Source: the human T2T-CHM13v2.0 reference genome, Homo sapiens
Length of the DNA: 64,000 bases
Direction: 5' to 3' (one strand)
Assembly (NCBI RefSeq): GCF_009914755.1
Contig: NC_060947.1
Positions 63,390-64,000 of this stretch are shown here, piece by piece (position 1 is the first letter of the stretch; each line of letters begins with the position of its first letter). The translations under genes were made by a program, and so were the position numbers. Below the pieces are notes generated by a model. It searched no databases and had not been told where the DNA came from. It worked only from the letters and a program-made list of their open reading frames with translations.

Positions 63390-63930
63390 TCCATTCATTT
63401 ATTCAAAAAATATTTATTAAACAATGACCATGTCCCACACCAGGCTGAGTCCTAAGGATTCAATGATGAACAAAAACCAACATGATTCCTGCTCTTAGGA
63501 AACATACAGTTCAGTGAGGAAAACAGATTGTGAGAAGTCCTCCAACAAATACTGGGTGCTATTAAAATATATTAAAAGGTGAGTGGGTGAGGGACTTGAG
63601 CTAGCCTAGGTGGTTCAGGAAGTCTTCCTGGATGTGCTGATATGCATAGGCATTAACTAGATAAATAGAGAGAAGGATGAACCAACATTGCAGGTAGAGG
63701 GAACAGAATATGCAAAGGCAGGAAGGATTATGGAGTCGTTGGAGGACCTGAATAAAGGCCAGTGTAAGTGGATCTCAGAAAACAGGAGGAAAGGTGTATG
63801 AGATGAGATCAGAGAGGCAGATCATGTGGGGTATGGTTAATGTTTTGGACTTTTCTATTAAGAGCAATGGGGAGACAGTGACAGGACTTAAACGGGGAAA
63901 TAATATGACCAGATTAAACTTTCTAAAAAA
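63390..63930 (-). mobile_element. L2 fragment
   Basis: cattcatttattcaaaaaatatttatt start; gcaatggggagacagtgacaggacttaaac. Confidence 0.75.
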
Positions 63931-64000
63931 CCCTCTATGCAAATATATATTGAGAGTTAATTATTGACAAAGATTCAAAGGCAACAAAGTGGAGAGAGAA

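Overview
Primate (very probably human) intergenic DNA with no intact host protein-coding gene, RNA gene, CRISPR array or prokaryotic system. Bases 1-44.6 kb are almost entirely nested transposable elements. They include old L1M/L1MA fragments; a near full-length Tigger1 split by an L1PA6-like insert; a full-length but inactivated L1PA3/PA4 (12155-18356) inside an L1PA7-like fragment inside an L1MA; a 5'-intact, 3'-truncated L1PA7/8 containing a twin-primed L1PA6 that itself contains a younger L1 tail; a twin-primed L1PB1; and THE1D, MST and Alu copies. Bases 44.6-64 kb are older, less L1-rich sequence: MIR, L2, MER41A, MER45A, MER102, a ~3 kb repeat-poor island and a decayed processed pseudogene of PABPN1 (~56988-57900). 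From memory only, this layout resembles the Xq12 region just upstream of AR; this is unverified. The ORF-track entries I could assign are L1 or Tigger1 remnants; the rest look like chance ORFs. I found no convincing new biological system. The most interesting signals are an open, extended L1 ORF0, a retained ZNF93-type segment, and several precisely mappable retrotransposition or template-switch scars. Subfamily calls are by eye from remembered consensus diagnostics, and boundaries without TSDs are approximate.
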